Below are positions 51,088 through 62,517 of a stretch of 64,000 nt of DNA, piece after piece. Under the pieces are notes generated by a model, which saw only the letters and a program-made list of their open reading frames with translations, made no database searches and was not told the DNA's origin. Within the stretch, counting starts at the first letter, position 1; every line of letters starts with the position of its first letter. The DNA is from Heterodontus francisci (taxonomy: Eukaryota): the NCBI RefSeq assembly GCF_036365525.1, contig NC_090403.1:26235461-26299460 (forward strand), given 5' to 3'. The position numbers and the translations under genes were made by a program.

Positions 51088-52496
51088 CTGTGCACAATCG
51101 ACACAATGACATTAGAGGGGGTCTTATACCTTTTAGGTTTAAAGTAGTAATGGAAAGGAACAAGGAATAGGTCAACAGTAAATAAGCAACGGGAGGCTTT
51201 AATAGTGAAGACATCTTGGATACAGACTGGTCTCATTCCGATGAAGCAGAAAGTAAGGACATGCAAAATTCGAGCTCCGTGGATAGAGAGCTTAAATAGA
51301 TAGTGAAAAGGAAGGCTTCTCATAAGTATTAGGCTCATAATAACGTGGGGAACGAAGCTGAATATAAACAGTACAGAGGAGAACTATCAAAGAAATGAGG
51401 GGCAGAATGCATAGAAAATAGACTAGCTGCAAACATAAAAGGGAAGCTACAAATCTTTTATAAGCATGCAAAGAGAAAAAAGGGTTAGTAATTAGAGGCC
51501 GAAAAGCAATTTTCTTCTGGAGGCAGAGGGTACAGCTGAGGATCTAAATGATTAATTTACACGTGTCTTCACTAAATAGGATGGTTCAAATGTCACAGTA
51601 AAGATGGGTGTTTGGCAGAGGTGGGGGGAGAAGAAAAATTGGATAGGGTGAAAATAGATACAGAGGAGGTAGTTAAAAGATTGATAGCACTCTAAGTAGG
51701 AAAGTCACCCGGCCTGGATAGAATATTTCTGAGGTTGCTGAGGAAAGTAAGTGCTGAAATAATGGAAGTTCTGGCCACAATTTTCCAGTACTCATTGGAT
51801 GTGAGAGTGATGCCAAAGGACTGAAAGTTTTCACCCTGTTCAAAAAAGGAGGTAAACTTGACAACCACAGGCCAGTTCGCCGATCATGGGTGACGGTAAG
51901 TTTGTCGACACTATTTTTCCAAGGTAAAATGAATTGTCACTTACCAAAATATGACTTAGTAAATGTCAACCAGTAAAAATTTGTTAAGGTAAAATCATGC
52001 TTGCCTAACTTGATTGAGTTATTCGATCAAGTAGCAGAAAGGATTGCTGAGGGAGGTGTGGTGATTGTTGTGTCTATAGATCTTCAAAATATCTGTATAT
52101 GGATTTGCTGAATGGGTGGTGAAAAAGATCAATAATTGGTTTGAAAGGGAAATTGTATAAATAGTTGAAGAGGAAAGGTTTGCATGGTAGTGGGAAATTG
52201 GGGGGGGGAGTGGGAATAATTCATTCAAGGAGCCTGCACAAGCATGATGAGCCACATGGCCTCTTCTGTACCATTCAATGATTCTATGACGTAACCTGCC
52301 CTGATGGTGCAAACCACACAGCCAATCACTGTAGCACAGGAGTGAGATGGTTAGAGGGAGGCAGATTGTTACATTGTGTAAGATGAATGGGTGAGTTTAG
52401 ATAATTAGAGGAAGTGAGATGATGAGAAGCAAAGTAATTTGACAAGATTCATGGTTAACATAGATGGAGGGTGTGAAATGATTAAAAGAATGATTA

Positions 52497-55400
52497 GGGG
52501 ACACTGGCGTACTGATAATGTTAGTTGAATACTAATTCAGACGCCAGGAAAAAGCTCTGGGAACATGAGTCCAAATCCCACCAGAGCAGCTGGTGGAAAT
52601 TAAATATAATTATTAAATCTGCAGTTAAAAGCGAGTCTCATTTATGGTTACCATGAAACTAATGGATTGTCATTAAAAACACATCTATTTCATCAATGCT
52701 CAATCTACTGCCCTTACCTGGTCTGGCCTATATGTGACTCCAGACCCAACTCTGAAAGGGCCTAGCAAGCCACACAGTTGTATCAAACCACTGTAGAAAA
52801 GTTGAATAAGAATAAAACTGGACAGATTGACCACAGCACCAGAAATGACAATGGCAGACTCTGACCAGTCAACCCTGCAAAATCCTCCTTACTATTATCT
52901 GGGGACCTGTGCCAAAATAAAGAGAACTGTCCCACAGATTGCTCAAGTATTGGCCTGGCAGATTCATACTCACTGAATCATACCATACAGCTATTGTCCC
53001 AGACTACTCCATCATCATTGCAGTGGGACAAGATACAGCCAGCAGAGTTAGTTGCACAGTAGTAAACAGTCGGGAGGAAGTGTCCTCAACATTGACTCCA
53101 GACCCCATGGATTCTCACACCATCAGGCCAAACATGGGCAAGGAAATCACCTGCTGATTACCACCTAAAACCTCCCTCAGACAATCAAACTTGCTCTGCC
53201 ACACAATAAGATCATGGCTGATCTGATTGTGACATTAACTCTACTTTCCTCCCTTAACCAGCACCACCCCCATATCTCTTGACTCCCTTGTAGATCAAAA
53301 CTCTGTCTAACTCAGCCTTGAATATGTTCGGTGAATCACCCACCACTGCTCTCTGGCGAAGAGAATTCCAAATATTAAAGACCCTCTGAGAGAAGAAAGA
53401 CCTCTTCGTCTCCATCTTAAAAAGAGACTCCTTATTTTAAAATTGTGCCCCCTTGTCTATCTCACGAAGAAAAACATCCTGTCAGCATCAACGCTGTCAA
53501 GCCCCCTCAGAATATTATATGTTTCAATGAGATCACCTCTCATTCTTCTGAACTCCAATGAGTATAGACCCAACCTCCTCAACCTTTCCTCATAAGACAA
53601 CCCTTTCAAATTAGGAATCAGCCTAGAGAGCTTTTGCTGAACTGCTTCCAATGCATGTATATCCCTCAGATGAGGAATCAGTACTCCTTCATGTTTAACA
53701 CCACTTTGAGGAAGCAGTATGGGTAGAAATGGCACAGAATGTACTCTTGGTGGAGAACCTCAATGCCCATCACCAAGAGTGGCTCAGTAGCAGCACTACT
53801 GACCGAGCTGGTCCAGTCCTGATGGATGTAACATCCAGACTGGGCCTGCAGCAAGTGGTGATGATCCAGGAAAAAGGAAATTTGCCTGACATCACCCTCA
53901 CCAATCAACCTGTTGCAGATGCATCTGTCCATGACAGTATTGGTAGGAGTGAGTACCACATAGCCCTTATGGAGATGATGTCCTGTTTTCACTCTGAGGA
54001 TACTGTCCATTGTGTGCAATGGCACTACCACGGTGCTAAATGGGATACATTCAGGACAGATCTAGCAGCTGAAAACTGGGCATCCATGAGGCACTGTGAG
54101 CCATCAGCAGCAGCAGAATTGTATTCAATCACACTCTGTAACTGTATGGCCTGACATATCCCTCACTCTACCATCACCATCAAGCCAGAGGATCAAACCT
54201 CGGTTCAATGAGGAGTTTAAGAGAGCAAGCCAGGAGCAGCACCAGGGATATCTAAAAATGAGATATCAACCTGGTGAAGCTACCACACAGGACAACATGC
54301 ATGTTAAACAGCAGAAGCAGCATGCCATAGAGCTAAGAGATCCCACACCAATGGATCAGATCAAAGCTCTGCAGCCCTGCCACATCACGTTGTGTATGGT
54401 GGTGGACAATTAAACAACTGACAGGAGGAAAAGGCTCCACAAACATCCCCAGTGTCAATGTTGGGGGAGCCCAGAACATTAGTGCAAAAGACAAGGCTAA
54501 AGTATTTGCATCCATCTTGGCCTCCTCGTGAGGACCCCAGCATCATAGATGCAAATCTTCAACCAATTCAATTCACTCCACGTGATATCAAGAAATGGCT
54601 GAAGGGACAGGATACAGCGAAGGCTATAGGGCCTGACAACATCCTGGCAGTAGAATTGAAGACTTGTTCTCCAGCATAAGCTGCACCCTTAGCCAAGCTT
54701 TTCCAGTACAGCTACAACATTGCGATCTACCCATCAATGCAGAAAATTGCCCAGGTGTGTCATGTGCACAAAAGACAGTACAAATCCAATCTGGCCAATT
54801 TCCATCCCATCAGTCTGCTCTCGATCATCAGCAAAGTGCTGGAGGGTGTGGTCAACAGTTCTATCAAGTGGCACTTACACAGCAATAACCTGTTCACTGA
54901 TGCTCAGTTTGGTTTCCAACAGGGCTATCCAGCTCCAGGCCTCATAATAGCCTTGGTCCAAACATGGACAAAAGGGCTGAATTCAAGTGGTAAGATGAGA
55001 GTGACTGACTTGACATCAAGGCAGCATTTGACTGAGTGTGGCATCAAACAGCCCTAGCAAAATTGAAGTCAATGGGAATCAGGGGGAAAACTCTTCATTG
55101 ATTGGAGTCATACCTAGAACAAATGAAGATGATTGTGGTTGTTGACAGCCAAACATCTAAGCCCCAGGACATCGCTGCAGGAGTTTCACAGGTTAATGTC
55201 CCAGACCTAACCATCTTCAGCCGCTTCATCAATGACTTTCTCACCATCAGAAGCTCAGAAGTGGGAATGTTCACTTTTTTCAGTACCAACCGTGACTCCT
55301 CAGGTAGTCAAGCAGTTCATCTCCACCTGCAGCAAGAGCTGAACAACATTCAGACTTGGGCTGATAAGTTCTTTCTTTCTTTTCTTTTGGGCCTCCTTAT

Positions 55401-58122
55401 CTCGAGAGACAATGGATACGCGCCTGGAGGTGGTCAGTGGTTTGTGAAGCAGCGCCTGGAGTGGCTATAAAGGCCAATTCTGGAGTGACAGGCTCTTCCA
55501 CAGGTGCTGCAGAGAAATTTGTTTGTTGGTGCTGTTGCACAGTTGGCTCTCCCCTTGCACCTCTGTCTTTTTTCCTGCCAACTACTAAGTCTCTTCGACT
55601 CGCCACAATTTAGCCCTGTCTTTATGGCTGCCCGCCAGCTCTGGCGAATGCTGGCAACTGACTCCCACGACTTGTGATCAATGTCACACGATTTCATGTC
55701 GCGTTTGCAGACGTCTTTATAACGGAGACATGGACGGCCGGTGGGTCTGATACCAGTGGCGAGCTCGCTGTACAATGTGTCTTTGGGGATCCTGCCATCT
55801 TCCATGCGGCTCACATGGCCAAGCCATCTCAAGCGCCGCTGACTCAGTAGTGTGTATAAGCTGGGGGTGTTGGCCGCTTCAAGGACTTCTGTGTTGGAGA
55901 TATAGTCCTGCCACCTGATGCCAAGTATTCTCCGAAGGCAGCGAAGATGGAATGAATTGAGATGTCGCTCTTGGCTGGCATACGTTGTCCAGGCCTCGCT
56001 GCCGTAGAGCAAGGTACTGAGGACACAGGCCTGATACACTCGGACTTTTGTGTTCCGTGTCAGTGCGCCATTTTCCCACACTCTCTTGGCCAGTCTGGAC
56101 ATAGCAGTGGAAGCCTTACCCATGCGCTTGTTGATTTCTGCATCTAGAGACAGGTTACTGGTGATAGTTGAGCCTAGGTAGGTGAACTCTTGAACCACTT
56201 CCAGAGCGTGGTCGCCAATATTGATGGATGGAGCATTTCTGACATCCTGCCCCATGATGTTCGTTTTCTTGAGGCTGATGGTTAGGCCAAATTCATTGCA
56301 GGCAGACGCAAACCTGTCGATGAGACTCTGCAGGCATTCTTCAGTGTGAGATGTTAAAGCAGCATCGTCAGCAAAGAGGAGTTCTCTGATGAGGACTTTC
56401 CGTACTTTGGACTTCGCTCTTAGACGGGCAAGGTTGAACAACCTGCCCCCTGATCTTGTGTGGAGGAAAATTCCTTCTTCAGAGGATTTGAACGCATGTG
56501 AAAGCAGCAGGGAGAAGAAAATCCCAAAAAGTGTGGGTGCGAGAACACAGCCCTGTTTCACACCACTCAGGATAGGAAAGGGCTCTGATGAGGAGCCACC
56601 ATGTTGAATTGTGCCTTTCATATTGTCATGGAATGAGGTGATGATACTTAGTAGCTTTGGTGGACATCCGATCTTTTCTAGTAGTCTGAAGAGACCACGT
56701 CTGCTGACGAGGTCAAAGGCTTTGGTGAGATCAATGAAAGCAATGTAGAGGGGCATCTGTTGTTCACGGCATTTCTCCTGTATCTGACGAAGGGAGAACA
56801 GCATGTCAATAGTCGATCTCTCTGCACGAAAGCCACACTGTGCCTCAGGGTAGACGCGCTCGGCCAGCTTCTGGAGCCTGTTCAGAGCGACTCGAGCAAA
56901 GACTTTCCCCACTATGCTGAGCAGGGAGATTCCACGGTAGTTGTTGCAGTCACCGCGGTCACCTTTGTTTTTATAGAGGGTGATGATATTGGCATCGCGC
57001 ATGTCCTGGGGTACTGCTCCCTCGTCCCAGCACAGGCACAGCAGTTCATGTAGTGCTGAGAGTATAGCAGGCTTGGCACTCTTGATTATTTCAGGGGTAA
57101 TGCTGTCCTTCCCAGGGGCTTTTCCGCTGGCTAGGGAATCAATGGCATCACTGAGTTCCGATTTGGTTGGCTGTATGTCCAGCTCATCCATGACTGGTAG
57201 AGGCTGGGCTGCATTGAGGGCAGTCTCAGTGACAGCATTCTCCCTGGAGTACAGTTCTAGGTAGTGCTCAACCCAGCGGTCCATCTGTTTGCATTGGTCA
57301 GTGATTATGTCCCCCGATTTAGATTTGAGGGGGGTGATCTTCTTGATGGTTGGCCCAAGAGCTCTCTTCATGCCATCATACATTCCTCTGATGTTTCCGG
57401 TGTCTGAGGCCAGCTGAATATGACTGCATAGGTGTTGCCAGTAGTCGTTTGCGCAACGCCTAGCTGTTCTTTGTGCAGTACTTCTGGCTGCTTTAAGTGC
57501 TGCGGATGTTAAATCGCTGGGGGCTTTCTTGTGACAAGTAACATTCATGACCACAAGTGCCAAGCAATGACCATCTCCAACAAGAGAGAATCTAACCATC
57601 TCCACTTGATATTCAACAACATTACCATCACTGAATATCCCACTATCAACATCCTGAGGGTTATCATTGACCAGAAACTTAACAGGACCAGTCATATAAA
57701 TACTGTGGCAACAAGAGCAGCTCAGAGGCTGGTAATTCTGCGGGAGTAATTCACCTCCTGACGCCCCAATGCCAGTCCACCACCTACAAGGCACAAGTCA
57801 GGAATGTGATGGAATACTCTCCACTTGCCTGGATGAGTGCAGCTCCAACAACACTCAAGATGCTCGACACCATCCAGGATGAAGCAGCCCAATTGATTGA
57901 CACCTGATCCAACACCTTCAACATTCTCTCCCTCCACCAGCATTGCAGTGTGTAACATGTACAAGATGCACTGCAGCAAATCACCAAGAATTCTTCGACA
58001 ACACTTTCCAAAGCTGCAACCTCTACCACAGCAGCTGCTTGGCAACACTATCACCTGCGTGTTCCCCTCCAAGCTACAAACCATCCTGACTTGGGAGTAT
58101 ATCGCCGTTCCTCCACTGTTAG
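52497..58122 (+). mobile_element. Degenerate LINE (APE + RT) in intron 2 of D, split by an RTE insertion
   Basis: Duplicate of 28170-31640. Confidence 0.85.
55370..57530 (-). mobile_element. Young 5'-truncated RTE-clade LINE with an open RT frame (RTE part of ORF 55434..57794)
   Basis: KAPGKD, NYRGISLLS, GVKQGCVLAP, LLFADD, zinc motif and an (AAAG)n tail. Empty site gataagtgacaa in B and C. Confidence 0.95.
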
Positions 58123-58328
58123 AATTAAGGAGAAAGTAAGTGCTGTCATTGTGAGTGATATAGTTAGTGAGTGAATGACTGAGTAGTTCTGCTGTCATTC
58201 TCACACCAATGGGCGGAAAACACTGGATTTAAATTTCCTGGTGTTGAAATTTCTGATCAGGTTGATGATCTTACTCATACTCTCAATAAAACTCCAGTTT
58301 GAATAAAATAAACCCAGTGTTCACTCAC

Positions 58329-58418
58329 CTCGAATCCCTTCGAAAGTTTCATCAGGTTCAAGGGCTTGGTTTTCAGCGAGAGCCTCTGTTTTACACAGTG
58401 TCGAGGAAAGGGACCGCC
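58329..58418 (-). CDS. IFN1: Type I IFN gene D exon 2 (GGPFPRHCVKQRLSLKTKPLNLMKLSKGFE)
   Basis: 90 nt with canonical splice sites. Confidence 0.92.
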
Positions 58419-58593
58419 CTGAGAGGAGACAACAATCACTGTTACAATCAGCCCCAGAAACTGAAATACTACAGAATCACTGACTATTAATTAGCAAAAT
58501 TATAAACTGCAAACTATTTCTCCTGATATGGGGTTTCACAACAAACAAACCCTGTGTGGTCCGGTTATGGTTCTGAATGTGTTTTAAACTCAC

Positions 58594-58725
58594 CATTTCA
58601 TTCAGTTTGCTCAGAGTCTCTGTGTTGAGAACTTGTTGTAACTGCAACCTCTCACAGCCCAGACTCAGGGTCCCGGGCAACAAGACCAACACCATCCAAA
58701 ATCTCCAAACACTGGGCAAAGCCAT
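58594..58725 (-). CDS. IFN1: Type I IFN gene D exon 1 (44 aa)
   Basis: ATG at 58725, gtgagt donor. Confidence 0.93.
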
Positions 58726-58823
58726 CCCAAGCGACCCAGAGTAAAACACTGATCTGAAGGATGAGTAACCGACGGCTTCGATGTTCAGCGCCAAAACGCT
58801 TCTTGTTCACTGACTTAAAATCT

Positions 58824-59780
58824 GAAAGTGGAAATGCAGCCGATTCTGATCCAGGAGCGACCGTCTGTGTTGCTGAATGGTGTGAGAGTGCGGCTGGATT
58901 CTGCTGGGAACTCTCACTGGCACTGCCATGCTGTCGGATTTAATGTGTGGCATTACATTCGAAAAGTGATAATATTCTGCTGGATTTTTGGAGTTTGTGC
59001 TATTTCTTTCTGATGTAAGGAATCGAAAAGCTGGAGAGTCCAGAGGCAGCAACTGGAAAATCCCCGGTCGAAAAACATTGAACCAGCTCTCGATTCCAGT
59101 TCAACGTTGTGTGGGTTCAGATCACCGGGGCATGAAGGGAGAGTCTGTATTGGGGGGAGTGTGAACATGTATTGGGGCTGTATTTTATAATCCGGGTTTA
59201 GAGAGACACTGACAGCGGTAATCCGGTGCCGCGGCTTTTAATGCTGACATTCGGCTCCAGAAAGAGCGATTCCCTTTTAAATCCATTCTCTCCCCGGTGT
59301 GCTCACATCGCGCTTTTCCTGTTCACACTTCGCAGGTTGGACATTGCAGAGACCCCGGGTCACAGCCCAGGATCACCGCTTGATGCCGAATGTCTCCGCT
59401 CGGATTCACCTGTCGGAGAATCTGCTCTTTAAGTGGAAGAAGTTTGTCATTTCTGGGCTCTTTTCTGCGGTCATTTTCAGAGTTTGTTTGAAAGAAAATT
59501 TAATCTGCTTCGACTCTGAGTCCCAAAGTGATCCCGCTCCCTTTTCTTTCATCATTTCTTTCTTGTCTCCCTCCCGGGAAAGTGTCCGTGTCAGTTTCTC
59601 TGTGGAAATGAACCTTGTGTCAATTACATCGAAAGTGAAAGTGCCTCAGGGAAAGTGACGAGTTTTGTCATTTCCGAAAGGGAGGAGAGTTTGTAAACAG
59701 AGCGGGTCACACTGAGAGGGCTGAGGGGGAGCTGCAACAGGGTTTGGGATATCCGGGATATCCCCGATTCCAAAGGGAAT
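58824..59780 (-). promoter_or_regulatory. Promoter/enhancer of gene D (IRF and NF-kB motifs)
   Basis: GAAAGTGAAAGTG 59631-59643, tandem kB-like site 59746-59765. Confidence 0.6.
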
Positions 59781-60480
59781 GTCACAAAATCAATCTCATC
59801 TGAAACTGTGATCAAAAACTTCCGTCCGGGTGGATGTGGGACTGAGATCCCACGAGCACCAGCTTTAGCCGGGAGAAAAACTGCAATTTAGAATAATGCT
59901 GATGGTAACAGGATAATGGTGAATAAAACTGTAGGAATTGTAAATAGTTTCGAATGGAGGCGGAAGGAGGGTTCGGGAATTTAAGGAGGAATGTTTAAAA
60001 CACTGGTGTGTAACATAAAAGGAAGTAGCAAGGACTCTTAGCAGCACGTCCATTATAATCTTACTCTGTACCTTTCTCATTCTGCATAATTGGACTTCCT
60101 AATGTCAACATCTTGTCACCCCATTGGGGTAGAGATTCCGCTTTGTAGGAATTCATGGGGAGAGCAAATAGATGGGTTTATCCCCAATTTTGCCTCATTG
60201 CGCTCCGAACGAAATTGGATGTTTTGAGATTTTGTTCTCGGGTTTCCGCTCAAATTCGTTTGCCAATCCCCAAACGCAAAATCTGCCATGAGCCAACAAA
60301 TCGGTCAGGGATTTCAAATGTATTTTTAATAAAACTGCCTTAAAATGTTCGATTAGATATTTAAGAGTGGAAACAGTTGCAGTTTGATTCATACAGCAGA
60401 AAATGGATTTATCACAAAAAGTAAGCATTTTAAATGACACTATCAATCCTGCACCTGTGAGATTTTAAATGACTGAAATT

Positions 60481-61010
60481 AAGAACAAAGAACAAAGAAA
60501 ATTACAGCACAGGAACAGGCCCTTCGGCCCTCCAAGCCTACGCCGATCCAAATCCTCTCTCTAAACCTGTCGCCTATTTTCTAAGGGTCTGTATCTCTTT
60601 ACTTCCTGCCCATTCATGTATCTGTCTAGATACATCTTAAAAGACGCTATCGTGCCCGCGTCTACCACCTCCGCTGGCAAAGCGTTCCATGCACCCACCA
60701 CCCTCTGCGTAAAGAAATTTCCACGCATATCCCCCCTAAACTTTTCCCCTTTCACTTTGAACTCGTGTGCCCTTGCAATTGAATCCCCCACTCTGGGAAA
60801 AAGCTTCTTGCTATCCACTCTGTCTATACCTCTCATGATTTTGTACACCTCAATCAGGTCCCCCCTCAACCTCTGTCTTTCTAATGAAAATAATCCTAAT
60901 CTGCTCAAGCTCTCTTCATAGCAAGCGCCCTCCATACCAGGCAACATCCTGGTGAATCTCCTCTGCACCCTCTCCAAAGCATCCACATCCTTTTGGTAAT
61001 GTGGCGACCA
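60481..61010 (-). mobile_element. Young CR1 3' fragment unique to unit 4
   Basis: Open frame WSPHYQKDVDALERVQRRFTRMLPG. AAATT duplicated at 60476-60480 and 61011-61015. Confidence 0.9.
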
Positions 61011-61379
61011 AAATTGGCATTTTAAAATATATAGGCCCATTTGTTAGTTATATTTGGGTGCAATAGTCATTTTCTTCGTAAAGTAAACTTGCCGAATCTT
61101 GTCCTTATTGCCCAAATGAAGCACTTTAAGATTTGGATCCTCCGGAGAGGCCTGCAATTACAATGGTGATTAATTTATCCTGGCAATAAAGCCACTATTT
61201 TGGCACAACCAGCTTCTAGTGCAATTTTTTTTCTAAACTAGCGTTGAGAGTGGAAACTCAATTTGCCCTGGACGTAATTTGCAGGTAACAGCGGTCAATC
61301 TTTCACAGTTATTTCACTGACTTTGGGTGAGTTGCACTGAGCAAACCAGGACAAATAGTCATGTGGTAGTACAGAACTT

Positions 61380-62517
61380 GTGAACTGCTGAAAATAGAGA
61401 CATATTGTGGAAGCTTTTGTTCTTGCACTCATCAGGCCAACAGGCAAGAATAACCAATGTAAGGGGAAACAACAACTTATTCTGTATGAGAACAGAGTGC
61501 TGATTGGTTGGCAAGTGAAATCTGATTGGTAGAGGCTTTGCCATGGAGCATGCACCAGTTTATGGTGACTGACAGTTAACTGTCAAGCTTTGTTTGAAAT
61601 TTAAACCAGGCAGCTTGACTCTGGTTGGTCAAGGCATTTCTCTGAGGAATGAACCAGCAAATGGCTGAAACAGCGGCAATGTGTGTACATGTTCATTCTG
61701 TGTGCACCGAACAGAAACCTGCGTAATAAGATATGTAGCTTCCAGTACACACAAATGCGCCACACTGTGAGCCCGACTGACAATCTTCAGTTAGTTGTCA
61801 GTGTAACTCTTAGCACACTGCGGATTATTTAGCAAATGTTGTCCAATTGCAGAATCACATCTAATGTTGGACATTGTGTTCTGAGCTTTGCAACCTAGGG
61901 CTGGTTGGTTACGTCCTGTACGTTGCCTGCTGCAAACAGTGGAAGGGACAATTCACCAGTCTTTGGGATATACAGCCTAAATACTTAGCATCACACTGGC
62001 ATTGAAATTCATACATCACACAACTCACTTGTGTGATAGGCAGGATGATGTTTGCCTTGACAGCAGCATCAGGTTAGTGGTGAACACCATGCGTGTTGCT
62101 ACTGCATAGCGAACTTTACCTGTTGATCAATGTTTTGGGATACATTACCTCCAGGGTAATTTGAGGTAGACTGGGCATTTCTCAGGGCCACAAATAATGG
62201 CCTTACGTACGTTTCTATGTTTCCGTGATTTCCAGTGAGAAATGATCTGATCAGGGTCACCAATGTCACACAGCATTTAATTGATTCACCCTATTTCAGC
62301 ATCAAGATTGCATGGTGAGCAAATGGCTCGGGCCCTATTTACGAGGTTGACCATAAAGTCAATCTTATAGCGCGTGGAACTGTAGGAATCCCAATACTTG
62401 TATTGAACAATGAAGTATAAGATGTTGTTTTCCCTTACATTGGTTATTCCTGCGTGTTGTCCTGATGAGTGCAAAATGAAAAGCTTCGACAACATATCTC
62501 TATTTTAAGCAATTCTC
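61380..62517 (-). mobile_element. Penelope-like relic with inverted termini
   Basis: Copy of 23090-24228. Confidence 0.8.
62455..62494 (+). ncRNA. Minimal hammerhead ribozyme motif
   Basis: Identical to 24166-24205. Confidence 0.7.

Larger units (their letters stand above)
42934..58587. repeat. Tandem segmental unit 3 (15654 bp)
   Basis: Colinear with the other units, expanded by two RTE insertions and a SINE. Confidence 0.9.
50642..58725 (-). other. IFN1: Type I interferon gene D span: complement(join(50642..50740,50848..51087,58329..58418,58594..58725)), 186 aa
   Basis: Intact spliced frame. Introns of 175, 7241 and 107 nt. Confidence 0.92.

Noticed and set aside
55434-57794. 786-aa ORF as a host gene or autonomous retrotransposon
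   Set aside because: The N-terminal ~88 aa are the antisense reading of an older LINE. The rest is a 5'-truncated RTE lacking the endonuclease.
12003-58725. Type III (lambda) IFN or IL-10-family identity
   Set aside because: The CAWE motif, the Cys1/29/101/136 spacing and the YF..L..FL helix fit type I IFN.
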